Assembly: GCF_000009045.1 (NCBI RefSeq)
Contig: NC_000964.3
Span: 1,140,001-1,172,000 of the forward strand
Origin: Bacillus subtilis subsp. subtilis str. 168
Lineage (GTDB): Bacteria; Bacillota; Bacilli; Bacillales; Bacillaceae
Length of the DNA: 32,000 nt
Direction of reading: 5' to 3'
Shown: one piece after another, positions 10,850 to 19,942 of the stretch
How positions within the stretch are numbered: position 1 is the stretch's first letter
How the letters are laid out: every line of letters begins with the position of its first letter
Made by a program: the position numbers and the translations under genes
Notes under the pieces: model-generated
Database searches by the model: none
Told to the model about the DNA's origin: nothing
The model's input: the letters and a program-made list of their open reading frames with translations, nothing else

Positions 10850-11020
10850 TTACATACGGGAGTTTTCAAGATATCTCCCAAAAATCATTTCTTCTTTAAT
10901 CCGGGTATTCAGCAGGATATCCAGCTCTTGGCTGCATTGAATCGTTTCTTTTGAATTCATGCCGTATTTTTGTGCGGTTTCAATTAGTGTGATCCTCATT
11001 TCTTCAATTTTACTGTTCAT
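10850..11020 (-). CDS. yisI: Spo0E-family Spo0A~P phosphatase-like small protein YisI (56 aa, absent from the ORF track)
   Basis: Manual translation: MNSKIEEMRITLIETAQKYGMNSKETIQCSQELDILLNTRIKEEMIFGRYLENSRM*; contains the SQELD Spo0E-family signature. Confidence 0.9.
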   Translation of the reverse strand: MNSKIEEMRITLIETAQKYGMNSKETIQCSQELDILLNTRIKEEMIFGRYLENSRM

Positions 11021-11165
11021 TACGCTATCTCCAATTCTAGATTTTATTTTGATATAAATACAGGATATCGTTAGTATAACCTATTTTGGCTCAAAAGGTT
11101 GCCTTTCGTCAATTTGACTAAAAAAGCGACAATTTTTGCTGCGGCCTTTTTTAATGGAGAAAGGA

Positions 11166-12089
11166 CTAAAGTCTTGCTAAGTGTGCTTGCAAAAAGTCCT
11201 GCCGTTCCTCAATTTCTCTAAGTATGTTGGTCTGCTCCTTTTCGATTTGAAAGGGGCTTTTTTTGATAAAAGGATCATCAGCAGCACTTTGACAAATGTC
11301 AAGGTGCCATTCGTTGATGAGAGGAGATAATCGTTCAATAGTAAACGACCGCTTCAGCACGTTTTTCATTAAGGTGTGATATTGCGACCTGAAGGCGGGA
11401 ATGGATAGAAGCCTTGACGAAAGCGTCTTTCCTTTTGTCAGAAGCGGGTCTTCTTCATACCATTCTTGTACGGCAAGCGATCTTGTCTCCATCGGGGAAA
11501 CGTAAAGCCGACCGGATTCGTTTAAACAAAATGTGTAGTAAAAGCCTTGATTGGTGCAGGTGTTGCCGATCAGCCACAAAAAAAACAGCTTGACATCCAG
11601 ATACAATTTAATCCTTTCAGCCAATTCGTCATCTCCGGCTGTGCGGATCAGTATGAAAAATTCATGTAAGAATGCCGAGGAATCATTGTTAAAAAGGGAC
11701 AATGGAACCCTTGGATCGGCCGTCTTCACTCCGTAACTCCTTTTACCGGCTGGCTGATGGTTCTTGATGTTCAAATAAATGCCTTCAGGCTGGCCATTGA
11801 TGGTCAGAAAGCTGTACGAGGCAACGGGAGCAGGTACGCCGATCTGGTCAAAAAAACAATAGGCGAGTCTGCGCCGCATCAGGGACGGATCATCCTGTTC
11901 TGCATTCAAAAAAAGTGTCCTTTCACCAAGCAGAGACTTTTCCCAGCTGATTTCATAGGATGCCTTTTCCGCTCTGTCACGCTGTGTGAGAAGAATGGGA
12001 GAAACAGATCGATCTGTTACGAAAAGCCCCTTGGCTGTACCTTTCCTTTTCAGCTGCTCCCGATGAAAAAATAAATGCACGCGCTCCAT
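11166..12089 (-). CDS. yisJ: CotH-kinase-family paralog YisJ
   Basis: 307 aa; CotH-like layout (GIYLNIKNHQ..., YLDVKLFFLWLIGNTCTNQGFYYTFCLNESGRLYVSP), RBS AGAAGGAGGAAAG before ATG. Confidence 0.82.
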   Translation of the reverse strand: MERVHLFFHREQLKRKGTAKGLFVTDRSVSPILLTQRDRAEKASYEISWEKSLLGERTLFLNAEQDDPSLMRRRLAYCFFDQIGVPAPVASYSFLTINGQPEGIYLNIKNHQPAGKRSYGVKTADPRVPLSLFNNDSSAFLHEFFILIRTAGDDELAERIKLYLDVKLFFLWLIGNTCTNQGFYYTFCLNESGRLYVSPMETRSLAVQEWYEEDPLLTKGKTLSSRLLSIPAFRSQYHTLMKNVLKRSFTIERLSPLINEWHLDICQSAADDPFIKKSPFQIEKEQTNILREIEERQDFLQAHLARL

Positions 12090-12173
12090 ATTCTTTCCTC
12101 CTTCTCAAAACGACATTTGTATGATATGTAGAGCAAGCCCGTCCTGAAACGAAATGAAAACGGAATTGAGAAA

Positions 12174-12200
12174 AAGGGATTTCAGCATTCGACAGAGAAT
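12174..12200 (+). promoter_or_regulatory. Predicted sigma-H promoter upstream of yisK
   Basis: AAGGGATTT-N11-AGAGAAT against the sigma-H consensus RnAGGAwWW-N11/12-RnnGAAT (one -35 mismatch); 43 nt before the yisK ATG. Confidence 0.55.
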
Positions 12201-12243
12201 ACATGAAGGAGCATTCTGATTTAAAAGATGATGGAGGAATAAC

Positions 12244-13149
12244 ATGAAATTTGCGACAGGGGAACTTTACAACCGAATGTTTGTCGGCCTGATCATTGAC
12301 GATGAGAAAATTATGGATTTGCAGAAGGCTGAAAAAAAACTGTTTGAACTTGAGACGATTCCGGGATCGCTGATTGAATGTATCGCAGAAGGGGATAAAT
12401 TCGTTGCGCATGCAAGGCAGCTGGCCGAGTGGGCAAAGAAACCGAATGATGAGCTGGGATCATTTATGTATTCATTATCTGAGGTGAAGCTCCATGCACC
12501 CATTCCGAAGCCATCAAAAAATATCATCTGCATCGGCAAAAACTACCGGGATCACGCGATTGAAATGGGGAGCGAGGCTGATATTCCGGAGCATCCGATG
12601 GTATTTACAAAATCGCCGGTAACGGTTACGGGGCATGGTGATATCGTAAAGAGCCATGAAGAGGTTACCTCTCAGCTTGATTATGAGGGAGAACTTGCTG
12701 TCGTGATCGGAAAAAGCGGGACTCGCATTTCAAAAGAAGATGCATATGACCATGTTTTCGGATATACGATTGTGAATGATATCACGGCGCGTGATCTGCA
12801 AAAAAGGCATAAGCAGTTTTTTATCGGAAAAAGCTTGGATACGACATGTCCGATGGGGCCCGTGCTTGTACATAAATCATCTATTCAGGAGCCAGAGCGC
12901 CTCAAGGTTGAAACAAGAGTCAACGGCGAGCTGCGCCAATCCGGTTCGGCAAGCGATATGATCTTTTCCATTCCGGAATTAATTGAAACCCTCTCAAAGG
13001 GGATGACGCTTGAAGCGGGCGACATTATTGCCACCGGTACGCCGTCTGGTGTCGGCAAGGGGTTTACGCCTCCAAAATTCTTGCGGTCAGGTGACAAAAT
13101 TGATATTACAATTGATCCGATCGGAACGCTGTCAAACCAAATTGGCTGA
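12244..13149 (+). CDS. yisK: Fumarylacetoacetate hydrolase (FAH) superfamily protein YisK
   Basis: 301 aa; NIICIGKNYRDHAIEMG, YEGELAVVIGKSG, GYTIVNDITARDLQ, GDIIATGTPSGVG motifs; RBS GGAGG upstream. Confidence 0.94.
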   Translation: MKFATGELYNRMFVGLIIDDEKIMDLQKAEKKLFELETIPGSLIECIAEGDKFVAHARQLAEWAKKPNDELGSFMYSLSEVKLHAPIPKPSKNIICIGKNYRDHAIEMGSEADIPEHPMVFTKSPVTVTGHGDIVKSHEEVTSQLDYEGELAVVIGKSGTRISKEDAYDHVFGYTIVNDITARDLQKRHKQFFIGKSLDTTCPMGPVLVHKSSIQEPERLKVETRVNGELRQSGSASDMIFSIPELIETLSKGMTLEAGDIIATGTPSGVGKGFTPPKFLRSGDKIDITIDPIGTLSNQIG

Positions 13150-13160
13150 ATAAAACTGGA

Positions 13161-13188
13161 GGGCGGACCCGGACCCGCCCGTTTTTTC
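13161..13188 (+). terminator. Rho-independent terminator of yisK
   Basis: GGGCGG-ACCCGGAC-CCGCCC followed by GTTTTTT. Confidence 0.85.
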
Positions 13189-13264
13189 TGATAATCATCT
13201 TTGTGACAGAGGACAAGTTCATGGTACTATAAGTGGGGTAATTTATCTGATAGGGGGAACATAT

Positions 13265-13621
13265 ATGACACACCTACATATTACGACATGGGTGGTAGCG
13301 CTGATTCTGCTTTTCGTCAGCTACTCGCTGTATTCGTCAGGAAGTGCAAAGGGCGCAAAAATCACTCATATGATTCTGCGGTTATTCTATATCCTTATTA
13401 TTTTGACAGGAGCTGAGCTGTTTGTCCGTTTCGCCAACTGGAACGGAGAATACGCCGGCAAAATGATTCTGGGCATTATCACCATCGGCCTGATGGAAAT
13501 GCTCCTCATCCGCAAGAAAAAAGAAAAATCAACAGGAGGCCTGTGGGTCGGCTTCGTCATTGTCCTTTTGCTGACAGTGCTGCTCGGTCTGCATTTGCCA
13601 ATTGGTTTTCAATTGTTTTAA
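13265..13621 (+). CDS. yisL: YisL-family small membrane protein
   Basis: 118 aa, four hydrophobic segments; starts after GGGGGAAC; position between yisK and wprA. Confidence 0.85.
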   Translation: MTHLHITTWVVALILLFVSYSLYSSGSAKGAKITHMILRLFYILIILTGAELFVRFANWNGEYAGKMILGIITIGLMEMLLIRKKKEKSTGGLWVGFVIVLLLTVLLGLHLPIGFQLF

Positions 13622-13636
13622 TAGAAAAACCTATGA

Positions 13637-13668
13637 ACCCGGCTCTTTGATAGAGCTGGTTTTTTTTA
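13637..13668 (+). terminator. Rho-independent terminator of yisL
   Basis: AACCCGGCTCT-TTGAT-AGAGCTGGTTTTTTTT. Confidence 0.8.
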
Positions 13669-13788
13669 TATTTATCCCCTCATATTCCAAATCATTTAAA
13701 ATAACCTTAAAATTCCCTGTAAGCGGTATCTCGTCCTATGAAATTATGATACCTTCAAGGAGATTCATTATTTTGCAGGAGGGATAAC

Positions 13789-16473
13789 ATGAAACGCAGA
13801 AAATTCAGCTCGGTTGTGGCGGCAGTGCTTATTTTTGCACTGATTTTCAGCCTTTTTTCTCCGGGAACCAAAGCTGCAGCGGCCGGCGCGATCGATCAGG
13901 CGGCTGCTCTGGAAAACGGCAAAGAGCAGACAGGCGCCATGAAGGAGCCGGAACAGGTGAAATGGTACAAAGTGACCCCGGGAGCAACGGATATTCAGAA
14001 AAACTCACATATGGCACTGACCGTAAAGAGTGATTCAGTACTGAATGTATCTGTATATCCAAGTAAGGAAAAAGCGCTTAAAGATGAGACGTTTGAGATG
14101 TACCGTTCTTTCACAGCGGAGGATGGAAAAAGCGAAGTCATTTTTCCATACGCGTGGAGCGGCCCTTACTATGTAAAAGTTGAATACCTCGGAGAAGAAG
14201 AACCAGAGGACGGCGGAACGGCAGAAGCAGCTGCAGAAGCCAAGTATACGATTGGGTATAAAGGCACCAAAAAACAGCCGTCAGATTTAGAAGAGGAAGA
14301 AGCTTGTCCGGTTGAAATGAGTGTCGATCAGAAGAAATCAGGAAAAGGCATCCTGGATAAGTTGAGATCGATTCGTGATGAGCAGCTGAGCCAAACAGCA
14401 GAAGGCAAAGAACTGACAAGCCTTTATTACAAAGCAGCACCGTTTATCGTTGCAAAGCTCGCACTCAATAAAACAGCAAGAAATGAAATCTATCAGGATC
14501 TTGTGACATTAAAGCCGTTATTTGACGATGTGTCAGAAAACGGAGCATCATCTTCGTATAAGGTCACTGAAAAGGATCAAAAAGCGATCAACCGGCTATA
14601 TGATAAAGCTTTACAATCAGTCCCGTCATTCCTTAAAGAGGAGATAAAGAAACAAGCGGACCGACTAAATATGAAGCAGCTGCAAGGCAAAACAGCAGGA
14701 GCCATTTTAACAGAAAACAATATTGCAGCAAAAAGTGAAGTTCAGACAACAAAGGTTATTTTCAAGGTGAAGGACAATAAAAGCCTCTCATCCGTACATA
14801 ATGAAATGAAGGGCTTTTCTGCAAGCGCGCAATCGAAAAAAGACATATCTAATGTGAAAAAGGCAAAGAAACTGTTTGACAATCTGTATTCATTTGAACT
14901 TCCGAAAGACGAGAAACAGAACGGCGCATATACGGCAAGCGCCAAAAGGGTCAAAAGCGCTGCTGCGACACTATCCAAGATGTCCAATGTAGAGTTTGCG
15001 GAACCCGTACAGGAATACAAAAGCTTGGCAAACGATATTCAGTACCCTTATCAATGGCCGCTTAAAAACAACGGTGAAAACGGCGGTGTCAAAAATGCGG
15101 ATGTGAAATATGAGCCTGCCAACACATTGCTGTCCAAACGCAAGCTTAACGATACACTCATTGCAGTAGTAGACACAGGCGTAGACAGCACGCTTGCCGA
15201 TTTAAAAGGAAAAGTAAGAACAGATCTCGGACACAATTTTGTCGGACGAAATAACAATGCAATGGATGATCAGGGGCATGGGACGCATGTCGCAGGCATT
15301 ATTGCAGCCCAAAGCGATAACGGCTATTCAATGACTGGATTGAATGCCAAAGCAAAAATCATCCCTGTAAAAGTGCTTGATTCCGCAGGTTCCGGAGATA
15401 CTGAACAAATTGCTCTCGGCATCAAATATGCTGCTGACAAAGGAGCAAAGGTGATTAATTTAAGTTTAGGCGGAGGCTACAGCCGCGTGCTTGAATTTGC
15501 TTTGAAGTACGCAGCTGACAAAAATGTCTTGATTGCCGCAGCCAGCGGGAATGATGGAGAAAATGCCTTATCTTATCCTGCATCTTCTAAATATGTGATG
15601 TCAGTCGGCGCAACGAATCGCATGGATATGACCGCTGATTTCTCTAACTATGGAAAAGGTCTGGACATCTCTGCTCCAGGGTCTGATATCCCGAGCTTAG
15701 TGCCGAACGGAAATGTCACGTACATGAGCGGAACGTCTATGGCGACGCCATATGCTGCCGCCGCTGCGGGACTGCTGTTTGCTCAAAATCCTAAGCTAAA
15801 AAGAACAGAAGTTGAGGATATGTTGAAAAAGACGGCAGATGATATTTCCTTTGAAAGTGTCGATGGCGGAGAAGAAGAGTTGTATGACGATTATGGCGAT
15901 CCGATTGAAATTCCGAAGACACCTGGTGTAGACTGGCATTCAGGCTACGGGCGGCTGAATGTCATGAAGGCTGTCAGCGCAGCTGATTTACAGCTTAAGG
16001 TCAACAAGCTGGAAAGCACTCAAACAGCTGTCAGAGGAAGCGCGAAGGAAGGCACCCTTATCGAGGTGATGAACGGCAAAAAGAAACTCGGCAGCGCCAA
16101 AGCCGGAAAAGACAATGCGTTCAAGGTGAATATCGCGACTCAAAAACAGGATCAAGTACTGTATCTGAAAGCAACAAAAGGCGATGCGAAAACATCGTAT
16201 AAAGTTGTTGTCGTCAAAGGAAAACCTTCCGGCACACCGAAAGTAAACGCGGTGAAAACGAAGGATACGGCAGTAAAAGGGAAGGCAAACAGCAAAGCGA
16301 TGATCAGAGTGAAAAACAAATCAAAGAAAGTCATTGCTTCTGCCAAAGCTGACGCAAAAGGAACGTTTTCGGTGAAAATCAAAAAACAAAAAGCCGGAAC
16401 GGTGCTGTACGTCACGGCTGTGGATACAGATAAAAAAGAAAGCAAGGAAGCAAAAGTTGTTGTTGAAAAGTAA
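13789..16473 (+). CDS. wprA: Cell wall-associated subtilisin-like protease WprA precursor
   Basis: 894 aa; signal peptide MKRRKFSSVVAAVLIFALIFSLFSPGTKAAA; subtilase triad contexts VVDTGVDS, GHGTHVAGI, GTSMATPYAAA; Lys-rich C-terminal repeat domains. Confidence 0.96.
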   Translation: MKRRKFSSVVAAVLIFALIFSLFSPGTKAAAAGAIDQAAALENGKEQTGAMKEPEQVKWYKVTPGATDIQKNSHMALTVKSDSVLNVSVYPSKEKALKDETFEMYRSFTAEDGKSEVIFPYAWSGPYYVKVEYLGEEEPEDGGTAEAAAEAKYTIGYKGTKKQPSDLEEEEACPVEMSVDQKKSGKGILDKLRSIRDEQLSQTAEGKELTSLYYKAAPFIVAKLALNKTARNEIYQDLVTLKPLFDDVSENGASSSYKVTEKDQKAINRLYDKALQSVPSFLKEEIKKQADRLNMKQLQGKTAGAILTENNIAAKSEVQTTKVIFKVKDNKSLSSVHNEMKGFSASAQSKKDISNVKKAKKLFDNLYSFELPKDEKQNGAYTASAKRVKSAAATLSKMSNVEFAEPVQEYKSLANDIQYPYQWPLKNNGENGGVKNADVKYEPANTLLSKRKLNDTLIAVVDTGVDSTLADLKGKVRTDLGHNFVGRNNNAMDDQGHGTHVAGIIAAQSDNGYSMTGLNAKAKIIPVKVLDSAGSGDTEQIALGIKYAADKGAKVINLSLGGGYSRVLEFALKYAADKNVLIAAASGNDGENALSYPASSKYVMSVGATNRMDMTADFSNYGKGLDISAPGSDIPSLVPNGNVTYMSGTSMATPYAAAAAGLLFAQNPKLKRTEVEDMLKKTADDISFESVDGGEEELYDDYGDPIEIPKTPGVDWHSGYGRLNVMKAVSAADLQLKVNKLESTQTAVRGSAKEGTLIEVMNGKKKLGSAKAGKDNAFKVNIATQKQDQVLYLKATKGDAKTSYKVVVVKGKPSGTPKVNAVKTKDTAVKGKANSKAMIRVKNKSKKVIASAKADAKGTFSVKIKKQKAGTVLYVTAVDTDKKESKEAKVVVEK

Positions 16474-16475
16474 CC

Positions 16476-16508
16476 AAAAAGCGGTGCTCGATGCACCGCT
16501 TTTTTATT
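16476..16508. terminator. Bidirectional terminator between wprA and yisN
   Basis: AAAAAGCGGTGC-TCGAT-GCACCGCTTTTTTA between convergent genes; the yisN stop (TTA at 16504-16506 on +) lies inside the T-tract. Confidence 0.87.
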
Positions 16509-17067
16509 TGCGCCCCCGTTGGACTGCTGTGTACATAATGGATCGCTTTCCGTTTGAAGCCGTCCATTCAAAACGGTCTCCTGTCCCTTCGCTGCTGTAG
16601 TTGTAGTGATGCTGCATCGCGCATTGTGCGGTGTCATTTGAAAAGTGATAAAAGGACACACCCTGCCCCGCCGAAGTATTCGAAAAGACTCCTTTATTAT
16701 AAGAAAAGACGCAATCGAATACCGATAAGCCGAAGCTGTGCAAGTGCTGCAGAAATGCGAGAAAGGTTTCGTCGTCAAGCGAATCCAAAAGCGCCATGAG
16801 CGGCCGCTTGACTGATTTCTCATAGCGGATGCGTTCTCCGCCGGAAAGGGAGATGTTTTCTGCACCGCATGCCAAAACCAACTTGTCCTGAAAGCCGGCT
16901 TGCTCCCACTTTCCTTTATGATGGATCCAGATTGGGCTGTGTTGGAGACTGTCCGCCAGCAGTATATCGCCTTCACCGTTTTCGATTAAGCAGATGCCGT
17001 CTTCAATGAGGATGGTGCCGTATTCCCACTTTCGTTCCTCTGTATATAACAATTGTTTCCGTTTCAT
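16504..17067 (-). CDS. yisN: Conserved hypothetical protein YisN
   Basis: ORF extends to 17145, but the ATG at 17067 (MKRKQLLYTEERKWEYG) has an AAAAAGGAG RBS at good spacing; order wprA-yisN-asnO. Confidence 0.75.
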   Translation of the reverse strand: MKRKQLLYTEERKWEYGTILIEDGICLIENGEGDILLADSLQHSPIWIHHKGKWEQAGFQDKLVLACGAENISLSGGERIRYEKSVKRPLMALLDSLDDETFLAFLQHLHSFGLSVFDCVFSYNKGVFSNTSAGQGVSFYHFSNDTAQCAMQHHYNYSSEGTGDRFEWTASNGKRSIMYTAVQRGRK

Positions 17068-17236
17068 CCATGCTGTCTCCTTTTTCTTCATTCCTCTCTT
17101 TTCTTTCCAATTCAAGCCTGTCCCATACAACTCTTTTATGGACAAATCAACTATCTGCCTATAGATGCATAAACTTACTAAGGTGCTGAAAGAAACGAAA
17201 TTGTTACGAAAGAAACGGGATTGGAGCTGATGTCAC

Positions 17237-19081
17237 ATGTGTGGAATTACGGGTTGGGTCGATTTTAAAAAGCAGCTCGTCCAGGAAAAACAAACGATGG
17301 ACAGAATGACAGACACTCTTTCCAAACGAGGGCCTGATGATTCAAACGTTTGGGGGGAGCACCATGTTTTATTCGGACATAAAAGACTTGCGGTTGTTGA
17401 TATTGAAGGCGGACGCCAGCCGATGGCGTGTACCTATAAAGGCGATACGTACACCATTATTTACAATGGCGAGCTTTATAACACGGAAGATTTGCGCAAA
17501 GAATTGCGGGCGCGGGGCCATCAATTCGAGCGTACGTCAGATACCGAGGTGCTTCTGCACAGCTACATCGAGTGGCAGGAAGACTGTGTCGACCATCTCA
17601 ATGGCATATTCGCTTTCGCTGTGTGGGATGAAAAGCGTAATCTGTTGTTTGCCGCGAGAGACCGTCTCGGTGTAAAGCCGTTTTTTTACACGAAGGAAGG
17701 CTCTTCATTTCTCTTCGGGTCGGAAATCAAAGCAATCCTCGCGCACCCTGATATAAAAGCGCGAGTGGACAGAACGGGACTTTCTGAAATTTTCGGTCTT
17801 GGACCGTCCAGAACCCCGGGCACTGGCATATTTAAAGGCATAAAAGAAATCCGCCCGGCTCACGCGCTGACATTTTCCAAAGACGGACTTAATATTTGGC
17901 GTTATTGGAATGTTGAAAGCGAAAAACATACGGACAGTTTTGATGACACGGTTGCCAATGTCAGATCGTTATTTCAGGACGCGGTGACGCGGCAGCTTGT
18001 GTCGGATGTGCCTGTTTGCACATTCCTATCAGGCGGTCTGGACTCAAGCGCGATTACAGCGATTGCGGCGGGCCATTTTGAAAAGGAAGGAAAAGCACCG
18101 CTTCATACTTATTCGATTGATTACGAAGAGAACGATAAATATTTTCAAGCAAGCGCTTTTCAGCCGAATGATGACGGACCATGGATTGAAAAAATGACAG
18201 AGGCTTTCGGCACAACGCACCACAAATGCGTCATCAGCCAAAAAGACCTCGTTGATCATTTGGAGGAAGCTGTACTGGTCAAAGACTTGCCGGGAATGGC
18301 AGATGTCGACTCATCCCTGCTGTGGTTTTGCCGGGAAATCAAAAAGGACTTTGTCGTCAGCCTATCGGGAGAATGCGCGGATGAGATTTTCGGCGGGTAC
18401 CCGTGGTTCCATACGGCAGATGTTGAGTCTGGCTTTCCATGGATGAGATCAACGGAGGAGCGGATCAAGCTGCTTTCTGACTCATGGCAGAAAAAATTGA
18501 ATCTGAAAGAATACGTAAATGCCAAATATGAAGAAACCTTGGCAGAAACGCCATTATTAGACGGAGAAACGGGTGTGGATAAAGCAAGAAGACAGCTGTT
18601 CTATTTAAATATGCTTTGGTTTATGACGAACCTTTTGGATCGGAAGGATCGCATGAGCATGGGGGCGAGCCTGGAAGTGCGGGTGCCGTTCGCCGATCAC
18701 CGGCTTGTGGAATATGTTTGGAATATTCCGTGGGAAATGAAAATGCATGATAATCGGGAAAAAGGCATTTTGCGCAAAGCGCTTGAGGGCATTTTGCCTG
18801 ATGACATTTTGTATCGCAAAAAAAGCCCATATCCGAAAACACATCATCCGGAATATACAAAAGGCGTCAGCGAGTGGCTGAAAACGATCAGAAGCCAAAA
18901 GGACTCCGTGCTCCATACCTTACTGGACAGAAAACAATTAGATCAGCTTTTAGAAACGGAAGGCTCCTCCTTCAAGGTCCCGTGGTTCGGGCAGCTCATG
19001 AAGGGGCCTCAGCTGATCGCCCATCTTGCTCAAATTCATACATGGTTTGAAGCGTATCGCATTGATATTGACGAGAGGTAG
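17237..19081 (+). CDS. asnO: Glutamine-hydrolysing asparagine synthetase AsnO
   Basis: 614 aa; N-terminal nucleophile MCGITGWV, SKRGPDDSN, YNGELYN; synthetase PPi loop SGGLDSSAI, SGECADEIFGGYPWF. Confidence 0.96.
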   Translation: MCGITGWVDFKKQLVQEKQTMDRMTDTLSKRGPDDSNVWGEHHVLFGHKRLAVVDIEGGRQPMACTYKGDTYTIIYNGELYNTEDLRKELRARGHQFERTSDTEVLLHSYIEWQEDCVDHLNGIFAFAVWDEKRNLLFAARDRLGVKPFFYTKEGSSFLFGSEIKAILAHPDIKARVDRTGLSEIFGLGPSRTPGTGIFKGIKEIRPAHALTFSKDGLNIWRYWNVESEKHTDSFDDTVANVRSLFQDAVTRQLVSDVPVCTFLSGGLDSSAITAIAAGHFEKEGKAPLHTYSIDYEENDKYFQASAFQPNDDGPWIEKMTEAFGTTHHKCVISQKDLVDHLEEAVLVKDLPGMADVDSSLLWFCREIKKDFVVSLSGECADEIFGGYPWFHTADVESGFPWMRSTEERIKLLSDSWQKKLNLKEYVNAKYEETLAETPLLDGETGVDKARRQLFYLNMLWFMTNLLDRKDRMSMGASLEVRVPFADHRLVEYVWNIPWEMKMHDNREKGILRKALEGILPDDILYRKKSPYPKTHHPEYTKGVSEWLKTIRSQKDSVLHTLLDRKQLDQLLETEGSSFKVPWFGQLMKGPQLIAHLAQIHTWFEAYRIDIDER

Positions 19082-19130
19082 GTTCAATACAAATGTGATT
19101 AAAAGCCAGAGATGTATAGATTTAAATAAG

Positions 19131-19177
19131 AAGGATAGATGAGCAGGGAAATATATGCTCTATCTATCCTTTTTTGT
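19131..19177 (+). terminator. Rho-independent terminator of asnO
   Basis: AAGGATAGATGAGCA-GGGAAATATA-TGCTCTATCTATCCTTTTTT, long stem with one bulge. Confidence 0.85.
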
Positions 19178-19210
19178 ACAACAGCACTATCGAATTGCCC
19201 CCGCATTCCT

Positions 19211-19687
19211 TCAATAAGAATGAATAGGTTTTAATGTTCTGCCGATAAAACTAGCTGATACCGGGCTTAACTTTAATTCCCTAGCCCATACAGAAAGTTG
19301 ACCAATATGGTGAATTTCGTGAGCGATGATATGGTGTAATATTTCATCTCGCGTATATAAAACACCTGTCTCCCAAGGAACGCTTACAAGTTCATCTTTT
19401 ATTTGATCTGAATGTGTTTGTAAAACATCAATTATTTCAGTTCGGAATGTATTTGAGAGAGATTTCACTTTATTGAGTGTTTGATAATCAGCGAACTGAA
19501 CAGCGATATCTTCTTTTCCTTGGATAGCACGAATCCAACTATATTCCACATCAATAATATGAAAAAGGGTATATAAAATATTCTCTACTCCGCCAAGACG
19601 ATTTTTAAGTAATTCTTCAGTGGTTAGTTGATGACACCAAGTAAACCATTGATCTCTAACCTGCCAGTTATATTCAAAAAATTTCAT
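19211..19687 (-). CDS. yizA: DinB-family (DinB/YfiT-like four-helix bundle) protein YizA
   Basis: MKFFEYNWQVRDQWFTWCHQLT...HIIDVEYSWI...HHIIAHEIHHIGQLSVW; conserved His pattern. Start chosen at the internal ATG 19687. Confidence 0.82.
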   Translation of the reverse strand: MKFFEYNWQVRDQWFTWCHQLTTEELLKNRLGGVENILYTLFHIIDVEYSWIRAIQGKEDIAVQFADYQTLNKVKSLSNTFRTEIIDVLQTHSDQIKDELVSVPWETGVLYTRDEILHHIIAHEIHHIGQLSVWARELKLSPVSASFIGRTLKPIHSY

Positions 19688-19942
19688 CACTAAACTCACT
19701 CCAATACTATCATGTATCATAACAATTAGCCCTTTTTTCCGTGATTCCTCTATTAATGAAGTGATGATTGAGAAATGTTTACATTCTACCTGTTGTATGG
19801 CATTAAAAATAATAATGCATATCTCGTCGATGATGCTGTGCGTCTTGTTACTTTTACAAAGTAAGAATCGGCATTTTCTTCATATACAATTAGGAAAAAA
19901 CATACTAGACTTGAAGAAGCAGTGATACATAGGAGTGAGAAA

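Noticed and set aside
12100-12135. Possible sigma-K promoter for yisJ (minus strand CATATCATA)
   Set aside because: The -10-like CATANNNTA is present but there is no AC at the required 16-17 bp upstream, so it is too weak to list as a feature.
14100-16470. Lys/Ala-rich repetitive stretches in wprA
   Set aside because: These are protein-level low complexity and degenerate domain repeats in a secreted wall protein, not DNA tandem repeats or a CRISPR array.
16152-16976. 274-aa minus-strand ORF with no stop across the wprA/yisN junction
   Set aside because: It is antisense to the wprA C-terminus and in a different frame from yisN, runs through the bidirectional terminator, and its hydrophobic composition is explained as the antisense of the Lys-rich WprA domain. 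wprA and yisN both explain the region much better.
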